Positions 10,379 to 20,307 of a stretch of DNA of 64,000 bases are shown in pieces. A program made the translations under genes and the position numbers. The notes below the pieces were generated by a model, which saw only the letters and a list, made by a program, of their open reading frames with translations, was not told where the DNA came from and did no database searches. Each line of letters starts with the position of its first letter. Within the stretch, counting starts at the first letter, position 1. Origin of the DNA: Candidatus Eiseniibacteriota bacterium (GTDB lineage: Bacteria; Eisenbacteria; RBG-16-71-46; CAVPCR01). The DNA is taken from positions 2,048,001-2,112,000 of the forward strand of contig CAWGMA010000001.1 of the NCBI GenBank assembly GCA_963823555.1, written 5' to 3'.

Positions 10379-11757
10379 TAGTTCCCGTCCCGCGGGTCCT
10401 CGTCCGAGTGCCCGTCATCGTAGAGACCGCGGACCTTATTGATCCTGCCCCCTTGGCCGCGCTCGAAGCCGAGGCGGAAGTAGCCGAGGTCCCCGACCCG
10501 GAAGAGATCCTTCCCCATCGGCTCCATCGGGTAGCTGGGACGATCCTCGCGCTGGTAGCGGAGCACACCATCCTCGAGGTAGATGCGGCGCGGGCCATAG
10601 CTCCCCGCGTACTCCTCGAGCTGTTGGGTGGTGAGCACGATCGGGTGCCGACGGCTCTCGAGGTCGGTCCGGGCCCACTCGAGGGTGGACCTGATCGCCG
10701 CATCCGGCTCCGCGGCGATGAGCTTCTCCAGGGCGTCCGCGTGAGCCACATCCAGGGCCTCGACTGCCGGCACGGGAATATGCGGGGTGACGCCGCGCCC
10801 CTCCCATCCTTCGTTGTTCTTGGGGTTGAAGGCGCGCCCATAGGGCACGCGCAGACCGATCCGGAAGCCGTCGAAGTCGAACGTGTGGGCCGACACCGTG
10901 TGGCCCCCTCCCCCCGTCGTATCACCGACCACCGTCGCCCGCTCGAGATTGCGGAGGTCGAAGGTGAACTCCTCGGCGGCCGAGAACGTGTTCCTGCTGG
11001 TCAGCACGTACACGGGCTGATCGAGGATTCGCTTCCCGGGCACGTAATCGGCGCTGTAGGACTGGGCGGTCATCTTCTCAGCACGGATGTCCCAGTTGAT
11101 GAGATGGGTCTCCTCGGCGAAGAGGTACCCACAGAGGTAGCGGATCATCGCTGCCGAGCCGCCGCCGTTGTGGCGGAGATCGAGGATGATGGCACGGCTG
11201 TTGCCAAGGAAGTTCATGGCCGCCGTGGCGGCCGCGAAGGCCTCGTCGCCACGGCCGAACCGGTCGAAGCGCAGGTAGCCGATCCCTCCGGGGAGCATCT
11301 CGGCCTTCACGAAGCCGTAGTTCTCGGCGCGCTCGCGCTTCTGGCGGCGCTCGACCTCGACCGGATCCTCCTTCTGCTCGGCGGCGAGCACAGCGGGATC
11401 GAGCGGCGGCAAGGCGGCAATGCGGAAGTGGCCGTCACGGTTGATGGCCTGAGCGTCCTCGAACAAGCGGCGCGCGAAGAGGGCCGGATCGGTGAACTCG
11501 TCATACTGGCCCGTGGCCAGATTCTGCCGCAAGGCGGCCACGATGTTCCGGGCTGGCTCCTCGAGCACGTACACCGAGTCGATGACGGCCGTGATCGAGT
11601 CGACGATGGCGGCGCGGGTGCCGGCATCGATCGCCGGCAGCTCGCCGGGACGACCGACCTGGGCCGGCGTGGATCGAACCTGGGCAAGCACCGCGAGGAT
11701 CACGAAGCCAGAGAGACGGACCGTCCATGAGCGGGATATCCGCGGTCGGAATCGCAT
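10378..11757 (-). CDS. S41 family peptidase (IRBP/tricorn-like)
   Basis: GIGYLRFDRF, IILDLRHNGGG, VYVLTSRNTFSAAEEF, VVGDTTGGG, WEGRGVTPHI; GGAGG RBS. Confidence 0.9.
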   Translation of the reverse strand: MRFRPRISRSWTVRLSGFVILAVLAQVRSTPAQVGRPGELPAIDAGTRAAIVDSITAVIDSVYVLEEPARNIVAALRQNLATGQYDEFTDPALFARRLFEDAQAINRDGHFRIAALPPLDPAVLAAEQKEDPVEVERRQKRERAENYGFVKAEMLPGGIGYLRFDRFGRGDEAFAAATAAMNFLGNSRAIILDLRHNGGGSAAMIRYLCGYLFAEETHLINWDIRAEKMTAQSYSADYVPGKRILDQPVYVLTSRNTFSAAEEFTFDLRNLERATVVGDTTGGGGHTVSAHTFDFDGFRIGLRVPYGRAFNPKNNEGWEGRGVTPHIPVPAVEALDVAHADALEKLIAAEPDAAIRSTLEWARTDLESRRHPIVLTTQQLEEYAGSYGPRRIYLEDGVLRYQREDRPSYPMEPMGKDLFRVGDLGYFRLGFERGQGGRINKVRGLYDDGHSDEDPRDGN

Positions 11758-11885
11758 GGGGCCTCCAGGCTGGAAACAGGTCTCGACCGGCCCGGCTGCC
11801 GGTCGGGTCTTGAGCTAGCTACGTCGCCCGCTCCCCTGGCGTTGCAGAACTCCCAGTGAAGGGGCCCGCCGTCGCCCCGCCCGCT

Positions 11886-14177
11886 TCATTCGGCCAGGTT
11901 GATGGCTCCCTGCCGGTAGGTCTGCCCGGCCTCGTAACGGGAGATCCGGACCTCGATGCTCTCTACCAGCCGCTCCCGGTTGGCTCCCCGGGCGGCTTCG
12001 CGAGCGAGCCGGCCGTAGTGCACGGCGGCCACGAACTCGCCCCGTCCGGCCAGAGCCGCAGCCAGTGCGTCCAGCGCCCTGGGATCCCTGCCCAGGCTAA
12101 ACCGTGAGGCCGTCGTCGCGAGCGCCAGGGCCTCGTCCGGAGCATAGACCCGATCGTCGTCCGCTGTGGCGAGGAGCCAGGCCAGCCCGGTCGTGGCTGC
12201 CGCGAACGCCGGCGACAACCGCAGCGCTTCTCGGTATTGCGCCTCGGCCGCCACGAGCTCGCCGCGTGCAGCGAGCGTGCTCGCGAGCCCGAAATGAGCC
12301 TGCGGCGCCAGGTTCTTCCCGTAGCCGAAGTAGTCCGCCGCCGGGTCCGGTTGGAGCTCCACGGCGCGCCGGTAGTGGATCTCCGCTTCCGCAACCTGGC
12401 CCTGAGCCAGGAGTGCGTGAGCCAGGCTGACCTCGGCGTCGGGCATGTCCCTCGACATCGCGACGACTCGCGACAGGATGGCCGTGGCCGCCGGGTACTG
12501 CTGTCCGCGAAGCAGGATGGCACCGAAATGGGCGAGCGCCCTCTCGAAGCCCAGGCCGGACGCCGCGGCGTCCGGATTGAGCCGTACCGCTGCGGCGAAC
12601 TCCTCACGGGCTGCATCAAGATGCCCCTCTCCGGTGAGAGCAAAGGCCAGGTTCAGGTGGAATGCGGAGACCTCCGGCGAGGAGGCCACCGCTTGCCGGA
12701 GGTGGCTCACAGCACCGGGAAACTCGCCAAGCGAGATCAGGGCCCGGCCCAGGTTGTTGTGCGACATCGCATGGTCGGGCCGCGACTGGAGCGCTGCCGT
12801 GAAGTGCGGCACCGCATCCTCGAGCCTCTGCCGGGAGACGAGCTCGAAGCCCAGGATGTCATGGGCGAAGTAGTTGTCGCGGGTCACCTGCAGAGCATGC
12901 GTGAAGAGGGCGACGTTGTCGTGCCAGCGCGTGACCTGGATGAATGTGGTCTGCGTCAACAGCACCAAAGCCACGGCCCACGAGACAGAGATGGCGATCT
13001 TGAGTCCGGCGGCGCGGCGAGCGATGTCATGGGACCACCAGCTCGCCAGGATGAAGATGCCGACAGCTGGGATATAGGTGTAACGATCGGCCATTGCCTG
13101 CTCGCCCAGTTGCACGAGTCCGATGACGGGCACCAGGGTTCCGAGATAGAAGAGCCAACCAACGGGAACATAGGGCCGACGATCGACCACGCGGAGAGCG
13201 AGAGCGGTGATCACGACCAGAATGACGAGCGCGCCCCCGACCTGCCACAACGGCAGGGTGAAGCGATAGGGATAGAACGCCGCCAGATCGACCGGCCACA
13301 GGAGCTTCCCCAGATAGGCGACGTAGGATACGACGGCGTTCGCCAGGCGGTCCCCGACCGGAAAGCGTGTCAAGTCGCCGACCGCCCCGGCGCGGTTCTG
13401 AGCGATGAAGGTGGCCACCGTCGCCGCGAGCGTGAGCAGGAAGAGCGGGATCTTCTCGATGAGGCGCGCTCTGAGTTCCGGACCGAAGCCGCTACCCCGT
13501 CGATAGGAGAGCCGCTCCAGTGGCCAGACATCGAAGAGGAGGAGAGCGAAAGGTAACGTCACGAGCATCTGCTTGGCCATGAGCCCGAGCGCGAAGCAGA
13601 GGACCACGAGGGTGTAGCGGAGCACTCCCCCCTGCCGCACGTAGATCGTGTAGGCGGCCATGGTCAAGAACCAGAAGAATGCGCTCAGCACGTCCTTGCG
13701 CTCCGAGATCCAGGCCACCGATTCAACATGGAGCGGATGGACCGCGAACAGGGCGGCGACCAGTCCGCTTCGCCAAGTCGTCCTGGTCATGCTGCGCAGG
13801 ACGAAGAACAGGAGGAGCGTGCTGGCGAGATGGAGGAGGAGGCCCGACAGGTGGTGACCGGCGGGATCGAGGCCGAAGAGCTCGACATCGATGAGATGGG
13901 ACACCCAGGTCAGGGGATGCCAGTTGGAGGCGTAGCCAGTGCCGAGCGCCCAGCCCAGGGCCGAGACCGTCAAGCCGTCTGCCAGGTGCTCGTTCTCGCT
14001 TACATACACCGCATCATCGAACACAAAGCCGTTGTCAACAGCGGCCATGTAGGCGAGGAGCGTTGCCAGCGAGAGCAACAACACCACGAGCAGGGTGCGG
14101 GACCAGTCCCCGACCCTCCCATCGGACGATCGCGAGTCGGCGGTGGATACGGAAGTCATCTTGCGGGTGGACATCAT
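11886..14177 (-). CDS. Membrane GT-C (TMTC-like) protein with C-terminal TPR repeats
   Basis: NGFVFDD, NWHPLTWVSH, LFAVHPLHVESVAWISERKDVL, ADRYTYIP, then TPR repeats. Confidence 0.85.
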   Translation of the reverse strand: MMSTRKMTSVSTADSRSSDGRVGDWSRTLLVVLLLSLATLLAYMAAVDNGFVFDDAVYVSENEHLADGLTVSALGWALGTGYASNWHPLTWVSHLIDVELFGLDPAGHHLSGLLLHLASTLLLFFVLRSMTRTTWRSGLVAALFAVHPLHVESVAWISERKDVLSAFFWFLTMAAYTIYVRQGGVLRYTLVVLCFALGLMAKQMLVTLPFALLLFDVWPLERLSYRRGSGFGPELRARLIEKIPLFLLTLAATVATFIAQNRAGAVGDLTRFPVGDRLANAVVSYVAYLGKLLWPVDLAAFYPYRFTLPLWQVGGALVILVVITALALRVVDRRPYVPVGWLFYLGTLVPVIGLVQLGEQAMADRYTYIPAVGIFILASWWSHDIARRAAGLKIAISVSWAVALVLLTQTTFIQVTRWHDNVALFTHALQVTRDNYFAHDILGFELVSRQRLEDAVPHFTAALQSRPDHAMSHNNLGRALISLGEFPGAVSHLRQAVASSPEVSAFHLNLAFALTGEGHLDAAREEFAAAVRLNPDAAASGLGFERALAHFGAILLRGQQYPAATAILSRVVAMSRDMPDAEVSLAHALLAQGQVAEAEIHYRRAVELQPDPAADYFGYGKNLAPQAHFGLASTLAARGELVAAEAQYREALRLSPAFAAATTGLAWLLATADDDRVYAPDEALALATTASRFSLGRDPRALDALAAALAGRGEFVAAVHYGRLAREAARGANRERLVESIEVRISRYEAGQTYRQGAINLAE

Positions 14178-14251
14178 CGAGCTCAGGGGCTACCCGGGTC
14201 CGCGCAGCCTATCATGCCCGAGGATCCGCTCGCAAGCGCGCCGGCCTGCAA

Positions 14252-14280
14252 TTGACACTCCGCAGCGTTCCCGCCATACT
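14252..14280 (+). promoter_or_regulatory. Sigma70-type promoter
   Basis: TTGACA-17 nt-CATACT, ending 12 nt before ATG 14293. Confidence 0.6.
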
Positions 14281-14292
14281 CTGCAAACCGCC

Positions 14293-15333
14293 ATGGCTGC
14301 GAACATCGTCCTCACCATCTTCATCCTCTTGCCGGCGCTCTTCGGAGTCCTTGCCTTCCGCTATTTCACCGCCAAGCCGGCTCAGCTCGCTGGCCGGCCA
14401 CGGCTCGATCTCATCGCCGGCAACAGTCTCGTTCTGCTAGCCCTGCTCAGCCTCTTCCTCCTGGCCGGGGAAATCTACTATCGGTTCGTCTACGACACGA
14501 CCGACGCCTTCGGACTGGCGCGGGTGACCCGAGAGTGGATGGTCAAGCACGAGCACATGAACCAGTTCGGGTTCCGCGATTCAGTGGAGTATCAGATGGA
14601 CCGCCAGGCCGGCATGCGCCGGATCACGTTCCTCGGCGATTCATTCACTGCCGGCCACGGTGTTCGCAATGTCGAGGATCGCTTCGCCAATCGGATCCGA
14701 GCCGCTCATCCGGAGTGGGAAGTCCAGGTCCTGGCCACCAACGGCTTCGATACCGGGAGCGAGCTGTCCCTCCTCCTGCAACTGGCCAGCGCTCGCTATC
14801 CCTTCGATGTCGTCGTGCTCGTCTATTGCCTCAACGATATCTCCGACATCACACCGGAATGGCAGTCGATCAGCCAGAAGATCTATGCTCAGGACAGACC
14901 ACCCTTTCTCGTCGACCATAGCTACTTCTTGAACACCTACTTCTACCGGCTCAAGAGCGCTCGCGACCCGGAGATCAGCCGGTACTATCACTTCGTCATC
15001 GGGGCCTATGACGGCCCCCAGTGGGAGACCCAGCAGGCGCGCCTGCGGGCCATGGCCGATATCGTCCGCCAGGGTGGCGGCCGGTTCCTCGTCGTGACCT
15101 TCCCGTTCCTCCATGGGATGGGCGCCGACTACGAATACACCTCGATTCACGACCGGCTCGACGGCTTCTTCGATGACATTCGGGTTCCCCATCTCGACCT
15201 GCTGTCGGTCTATTCCACCCACCCAACGCGGGAACTTATCGTGAACTCACGGGATCCGCACCCGAACGAGGGGGCGCACCAGATGGCAGCGGAAGCCATC
15301 GCGTCGTTCATCAGCGCAGAGATCGGACCCTAG
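14293..15333 (+). CDS. Membrane-anchored SGNH/GDSL hydrolase
   Basis: Two N-terminal TM helices; NQFGFRD, FLGDSFTAGHGV, YCLND, DPHPN. Confidence 0.85.
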   Translation: MAANIVLTIFILLPALFGVLAFRYFTAKPAQLAGRPRLDLIAGNSLVLLALLSLFLLAGEIYYRFVYDTTDAFGLARVTREWMVKHEHMNQFGFRDSVEYQMDRQAGMRRITFLGDSFTAGHGVRNVEDRFANRIRAAHPEWEVQVLATNGFDTGSELSLLLQLASARYPFDVVVLVYCLNDISDITPEWQSISQKIYAQDRPPFLVDHSYFLNTYFYRLKSARDPEISRYYHFVIGAYDGPQWETQQARLRAMADIVRQGGGRFLVVTFPFLHGMGADYEYTSIHDRLDGFFDDIRVPHLDLLSVYSTHPTRELIVNSRDPHPNEGAHQMAAEAIASFISAEIGP

Positions 15334-15406
15334 GGAATGACACGGCGATGCCGGACGAGCCATTCGAGAGGGTCGTCGGGACTTTAGGCTGGAGAGGACC
15401 ACGACG

Positions 15407-16246
15407 ATGAACCATCGGGCTTCGGAGGGCCGTGGCGCCTCCGCCTCAAATGCCGCTCCGGAAACAGGCAAGGTCATCGTCGTGATGCCGGCCTACAACG
15501 CGGCGGCCACGGTCGAGCGCACCGTAGCCGAGATCCCCAAGGGTCTGGCCGCGGAGATCATCCTCGTCGACGACGCCAGCCGGGATGACACGGCCGCCAT
15601 CGCCCGCCATCTCGGGCTCACGGTGATCGAGCACGCGCAAAACCGCGGCTACGGCGGAAACCAGAAGACCTGCTACACGGCTGCCCTGCGTCATGGGGCG
15701 GACTATGTGATCATGATCCACCCCGATTACCAGTACGATGGGCGGCTCGCCGGGCACCTGCTCGGTTTCCTCTCGAGCGGAGTGGTCGATGTCATGCTCG
15801 GCTCGCGTATCCGCACCCGGCGCGAGGCCCTGGCCAGCGGCATGCCCCTCTACAAGTATCTCGCCAATCGCTTCCTCACCATCGTCGAGAACATCGCCCT
15901 CGGCCAGAATCTCACCGAGTTCCATTCCGGGTATCGACTCTATACCCGTCGTGTGCTGGAGACCATTCCCTGGCACCGCAACGACGATGGCTTCGTGTTC
16001 GATTCACAGTTCCTGGCCCAGGCGGTCCACTTCGGCTTCCGGCTTGGAGATGCGCCCGTACCCACCCGTTACATGCCCGAGGCATCCTCGATCGACTGGC
16101 GGCGCAGCATCGCCTACGGCCTCGGCACTCTCGGCACCGTGGCCGAGTGGTGGCTGCATCGCCTCCGGATTCGACGTTCTCCTCTCTTCCTTCCCATCGA
16201 CCCGGGCGAGCGCGAAGGCCGGCGAACGGATGGGGCGACCGCCTGA
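15407..16246 (+). CDS. Glycosyltransferase family 2 (polyprenol-phosphate glycosyltransferase/DPM1-like)
   Basis: [47 protein letters not shown]. Confidence 0.9.
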   Translation: MNHRASEGRGASASNAAPETGKVIVVMPAYNAAATVERTVAEIPKGLAAEIILVDDASRDDTAAIARHLGLTVIEHAQNRGYGGNQKTCYTAALRHGADYVIMIHPDYQYDGRLAGHLLGFLSSGVVDVMLGSRIRTRREALASGMPLYKYLANRFLTIVENIALGQNLTEFHSGYRLYTRRVLETIPWHRNDDGFVFDSQFLAQAVHFGFRLGDAPVPTRYMPEASSIDWRRSIAYGLGTLGTVAEWWLHRLRIRRSPLFLPIDPGEREGRRTDGATA

Positions 16247-16295
16247 ACCGCAGGCCGATCCTGAAGGCCTCGCGGCGGCGGCGGCGGCCTTGCGC

Positions 16296-17399
16296 TCAGT
16301 CGCCCCCGCTTTCGCTGATGGCATCGGCCAGGCCCCCGACGGCCGTCCCGAAGTAGACGGAACGGTTCCACTTGAGGATCACCCGGAAGTTCTCGTAGAC
16401 CAGGAAGGCACGACCCTCTGGACCGGTCGGCTGGACCAGAGAGGCGTGCATGCCGGCGGCCGGCAAGTCGCTGCCGTCGATACGCCGGACCCCCATGGCC
16501 TGCCACGCGGCGAGACCCCGCCGGATCTGGAGGCCGATCATCTCCCGATCGAAGCCCGGCGGCACGAGCACTTCACGGCCCCAGGTCTGACCGCGCACCC
16601 ACCCGTCCTGCGCCAGGTAGTTGGCGCCGGAGGCCAGGGCGTCGCCGACATCCGACCAGATGTCGCGCTTGCCGTCGCCATCGAAGTCCACCGCGGCCCG
16701 ATGAAACGTCGAAGGCATGAACTGCACCTGACCCATGGCGCCGGCCCAGGAACCACGCATGGCTCGGGCGCTGATATCCCCTCGCTCGAGGATCTCGAGG
16801 GCCGCCAGCAGCTCGCGACGGAAGAACTCGGCACGACGGCCTTCGAAGGCCAGAGTCGCCAGGGAACTCACGACCGAGAAGTTCCCGGGCAACTTCCCGT
16901 ACTGGCTCTCGATGCCCCAGATCGCAACGATGATCCGGGGCGGCACGCCGTATTCGGCGCTGATGCGGTTCAGCACTCGCCGATGTCGCCACAGCATCTC
17001 GCGGCCGGTCTCGACCTTCTGCTTCGTGATCGCCCGCTCGAGATACTCCTCGAGGCTCAGGATCGACTCCGGCTGCTTCCGATCCAGCTCGATCACCCGC
17101 TGATTGGGCTCGAGTTCCTGGAACACGGCATCCAGGGTCCGGTCGCTGATTCCGGCTCGACCGGCCTCGGCACGGAAATCGGCAAGCCACTCGGCAAAGG
17201 CGGCCCTGTCGAGCTCGATGGCTTCACTCTCCTCGATCTCCTGGGCGGCCGCTGGAGGAGACAGGAGAACCCCCATGAGACACACCACAAAGCCGGCACG
17301 CAGGAGCCGCGCACCAAGACCGCGGCAGATGGTGGTGGGCAGAGGATCCGACTCTCGAGACGATCTCATCAGCGGAGGATGGGTGACTCGGCGCAGCAC
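16296..17399 (-). CDS. Lytic murein transglycosylase (MltB/SLT_2 family); true start may be downstream (about 17276)
   Basis: IVAIWGIESQYG, LATLAFEGRR, GSWAGAMGQVQFMPS, DFDGDGKRDIW, NFRVILKWNRS. Confidence 0.9.
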   Translation of the reverse strand: MLRRVTHPPLMRSSRESDPLPTTICRGLGARLLRAGFVVCLMGVLLSPPAAAQEIEESEAIELDRAAFAEWLADFRAEAGRAGISDRTLDAVFQELEPNQRVIELDRKQPESILSLEEYLERAITKQKVETGREMLWRHRRVLNRISAEYGVPPRIIVAIWGIESQYGKLPGNFSVVSSLATLAFEGRRAEFFRRELLAALEILERGDISARAMRGSWAGAMGQVQFMPSTFHRAAVDFDGDGKRDIWSDVGDALASGANYLAQDGWVRGQTWGREVLVPPGFDREMIGLQIRRGLAAWQAMGVRRIDGSDLPAAGMHASLVQPTGPEGRAFLVYENFRVILKWNRSVYFGTAVGGLADAISESGGD

Positions 17400-17611
17400 T
17401 CGGCGATACTAGGCGACGCCGACCACCATGCGCAACGTGCCTTTGCCTGTTCGTGGCCTCGAGGAACGCGAGTGTCTGGTGGTCGGCGCGACACGGTCCG
17501 TTGTCCTCGATGCCGCAACGTTGCCGCTTCACGGCGTCGCTGTTATCCTTACCGCCGCTTTCCCGGTATCGTATCGCCCATTGAATCCGTTCGGGGAGGA
17601 CGGACCCTCCG

Positions 17612-19180
17612 TTGAGCCGAGCATCTCGCCAGGTTGCGACCTCGATCCGCCGGCCGCCGAAGGCCGCCCCGCTCGCCATTCTCCCCCTCGCCGGGATCGT
17701 GCTCACCAAGCTCGTCCTCCATCTGGTGACCTCAGGGCAGTACGGATACAGCCGGGACGAGCTCTACTACCTGGCCTGCGCCGAGCACCTGAGCGCGGGT
17801 TACGTGGATCACCCGCCGCTCGTGCCGCTCGTGGCCGGGCTCGTTCGGGCCACGATCGGCGATTCGCTACTCGCCATCCGGCTCCTGCCGGCGCTGGCGG
17901 GGGCGGGAACCGTCTTCCTGGCCGGGGTCATCACGAGCCAGCTCGGAGGCCGGCGATTCGCCCAGGTGCTCGCCGCGCTGGCCGTGGTCGCCGCACCCGC
18001 GTACCTGGGTATGAACGCCATCTTCACCACCAACGCGTTCGATCAGCTGCTGTGGGCCCTGGCGCTCTATCTCGTGCTTCGCATCCTCCGTGCCGAGACG
18101 CTGCGGCTGTGGCTCTTGCTCGGCCTCGTCCTCGGCATGGGCCTCCTGACCAAGCACACGATGGCGTTCCTCATGGCCGGCCTGGCTGTCGGGCTCGCCT
18201 TGAGCCCGGAACGCCGCCTCCTCACGACGCGGGGGGCTCTGACGGCGGCAGCCATGGCCGGCGCCTTGTTCCTGCCCAACCTCATCTGGCAGTGGGCTCA
18301 CGACTGGCCCACGCTCGAGTTTCTGGCGCGCGCCCAGATCAATCGCATGCCGGAGGTGAACCCGCTCATCTTTCTGTGGCGATTCGCCGTGGCCCTGCAA
18401 CCGGTCACCCTGCCGATCTGGGTGCTCGGGATCGCCTTCCTTCTCGTTCACAAGCAGGGCCGTCCGTGGCGGTCGCTCGGGTGGATGTTCGTCGTGCTGC
18501 TCGTGATCGACGTGATCGGGCGCGCCAAGGAGTACTACCTGGTCCCGATCGCGGCCCTGCTCTTCCCGGCAGGCGCGGTCGTCATCGAGTCATGGCTCGA
18601 GCGCCGGCGCTGGGAATGGGCGCGACCGGTCATGATCGCCACCGTTCTCCTCGCCGGCGCCGCGAGCGCGCCCTTCTATGTTCCGATCCTCCCCCTCGAG
18701 CAAGTGGTGCGCTACAAGGAAGCCTGGGATCGGGCGCTCCACGCGCGCGGGGCGGCGGACGCGGAGGCCATACCGCTCGGGTTCGCGGAGATGCTCGGAT
18801 GGGAGGAGATGGTGGCCACCGTCGCTGAGGTCTACCATCGCCTGCCGGCCGAGGAGCGCGCGCGCTGTGCCGTTTCCGGCAACAACTACGGGCAAGCCGC
18901 CGCCATCGACTTCTTCGGGACCAAGTACGGCCTGCCAAAGTCCATATCGACGCACAACAGCTACTGGACCTGGGGGACCCACGGCTACAGCGGCGATCCC
19001 ATGATCACCATCGGCGTCCGCCGGGAAGCGCTGGCGCCCGCCTACACGTCGGTCGAGCTCGGGGCCGTGGTCCAACACGATCATGTGATCTGGTACGAGA
19101 CCAACCAGCCGGTGTACCTGTGGCGAGGGATCAAGGCACCGCTGGCCACGCTCTGGCCGCAGATGAAGCTCATCTACTAA
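17612..19180 (+). CDS. ArnT/PMT-family (GT39/GT83) membrane glycosyltransferase
   Basis: YGYSRDELYY, GYVDHPPLVP, many TM helices, NYGQAAAID, HNSYWTWG. Confidence 0.85.
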   Translation: MSRASRQVATSIRRPPKAAPLAILPLAGIVLTKLVLHLVTSGQYGYSRDELYYLACAEHLSAGYVDHPPLVPLVAGLVRATIGDSLLAIRLLPALAGAGTVFLAGVITSQLGGRRFAQVLAALAVVAAPAYLGMNAIFTTNAFDQLLWALALYLVLRILRAETLRLWLLLGLVLGMGLLTKHTMAFLMAGLAVGLALSPERRLLTTRGALTAAAMAGALFLPNLIWQWAHDWPTLEFLARAQINRMPEVNPLIFLWRFAVALQPVTLPIWVLGIAFLLVHKQGRPWRSLGWMFVVLLVIDVIGRAKEYYLVPIAALLFPAGAVVIESWLERRRWEWARPVMIATVLLAGAASAPFYVPILPLEQVVRYKEAWDRALHARGAADAEAIPLGFAEMLGWEEMVATVAEVYHRLPAEERARCAVSGNNYGQAAAIDFFGTKYGLPKSISTHNSYWTWGTHGYSGDPMITIGVRREALAPAYTSVELGAVVQHDHVIWYETNQPVYLWRGIKAPLATLWPQMKLIY

Positions 19181-19219
19181 CCCGGCGCTCCTCCGTTTGG
19201 ACGAACGCCCGGGGCGCGG

Positions 19220-20305
19220 TCAATACACCGTGCGGCGGCGGTTCTTCAGGTAGTCGACGAAGACGAAACCGCCCAGGCGATCCGGGCTCGCGTAGTAGGC
19301 GCGCCCGCGGTTCACCTCGGTCAGCTCCTCGACGAAGCGCACGAGCTCCCGGTCCTGCGCCAGCATGAAGGTCGTGATCACGATCCGCTTCCGCCGGCAG
19401 GCGTTGGCCTCGTCGAGCGTCTTCACGACGATACGCGGATCGAGACCGAAGGGGTTCTTGTAGAGCCGCCCCGTCTCGTCGAACATGCAGGATGGCTTGC
19501 CGTCGGTGACCATGAAGATCTGCTTCTGTGTGTGCTTCTTCGCGGCCAGGATCTCCTGCGCGGCGCGGAGCCCGGCGCGGGTGTTGGTGTGATAGGGCCC
19601 CGCGCCCACATAAGTCAGGTCGCGCACGCTGACCGGGATCGCCTCGTCCCCGAAGAGAACCACATCCAGGGAGTCGCGCTTGAAGCGAGTGAGGATCAAC
19701 TCGGAGAGCGCCAGCGCCACCTGCTTGGCCGGCGTGATGCGATCCTCCCCGTAGAGGATCATCGAGTGGCTGATGTCGAGGAGCAGCACGGTCGCACAGG
19801 AGGCCTGGTGATGGCGCTCGTAGACCTCCAGATCCTCCTCACCGAGGGTGAGATCTCCACTGCGCCCGACCGCGTTCTTGACCGAGGTGAGATAGTCGAT
19901 GTCGGCGGCGGCATCCCCGAACTCGTAGGGCCTGGTCTCCGCCATCGGCTCCCCCCCGCCGCCCTCATGCGCCGTCGGATGATCCCCTTCGGCGCCGCGG
20001 GCCAGTGACGAGAAGATCAGCGCGAGCGATTCCCTGCGAATCCGCTTCTCGGCCCGGGGCGTGAGGACGGCACCTTCGGCATCGCGGCTGATGAGCCCCT
20101 CTTCCTCGAGCCGGAGGCGGAACTCCTCCGGATCGAAATCGCCCGGCAGGTAGCCGCGGTCACGCAGCTCAGCCATCCAGCGCAGCGCTTCCTCCACATC
20201 CCCGTTCACCCTGAGGAGCAACTGGGTGAAGAGCTCGAAGAGGCCTCGCTCGGCGAGCAGCCGCCGGAAGCGCTCGGCATCGAATGGACCGTAGCGAAAG
20301 CGCAC
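19220..20305 (-). CDS. VWA domain protein, partner of the upstream AAA+ ATPase
   Basis: MIDAS motif LLDISHSM, TNTRAGL, MVTDGKPS, ETRPYEFGD. Confidence 0.9.
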   Translation of the reverse strand: MRFRYGPFDAERFRRLLAERGLFELFTQLLLRVNGDVEEALRWMAELRDRGYLPGDFDPEEFRLRLEEEGLISRDAEGAVLTPRAEKRIRRESLALIFSSLARGAEGDHPTAHEGGGGEPMAETRPYEFGDAAADIDYLTSVKNAVGRSGDLTLGEEDLEVYERHHQASCATVLLLDISHSMILYGEDRITPAKQVALALSELILTRFKRDSLDVVLFGDEAIPVSVRDLTYVGAGPYHTNTRAGLRAAQEILAAKKHTQKQIFMVTDGKPSCMFDETGRLYKNPFGLDPRIVVKTLDEANACRRKRIVITTFMLAQDRELVRFVEELTEVNRGRAYYASPDRLGGFVFVDYLKNRRRTVY

Positions 20306-20307
20306 GG

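Noticed and set aside
7973..10381. Long antisense ORFs (for example 7973..10381+, 51910..53718+, 61044..62660+)
   Set aside because: They are shadows of real genes on the opposite strand in GC-rich DNA, and are Arg/Pro-rich with no motifs.
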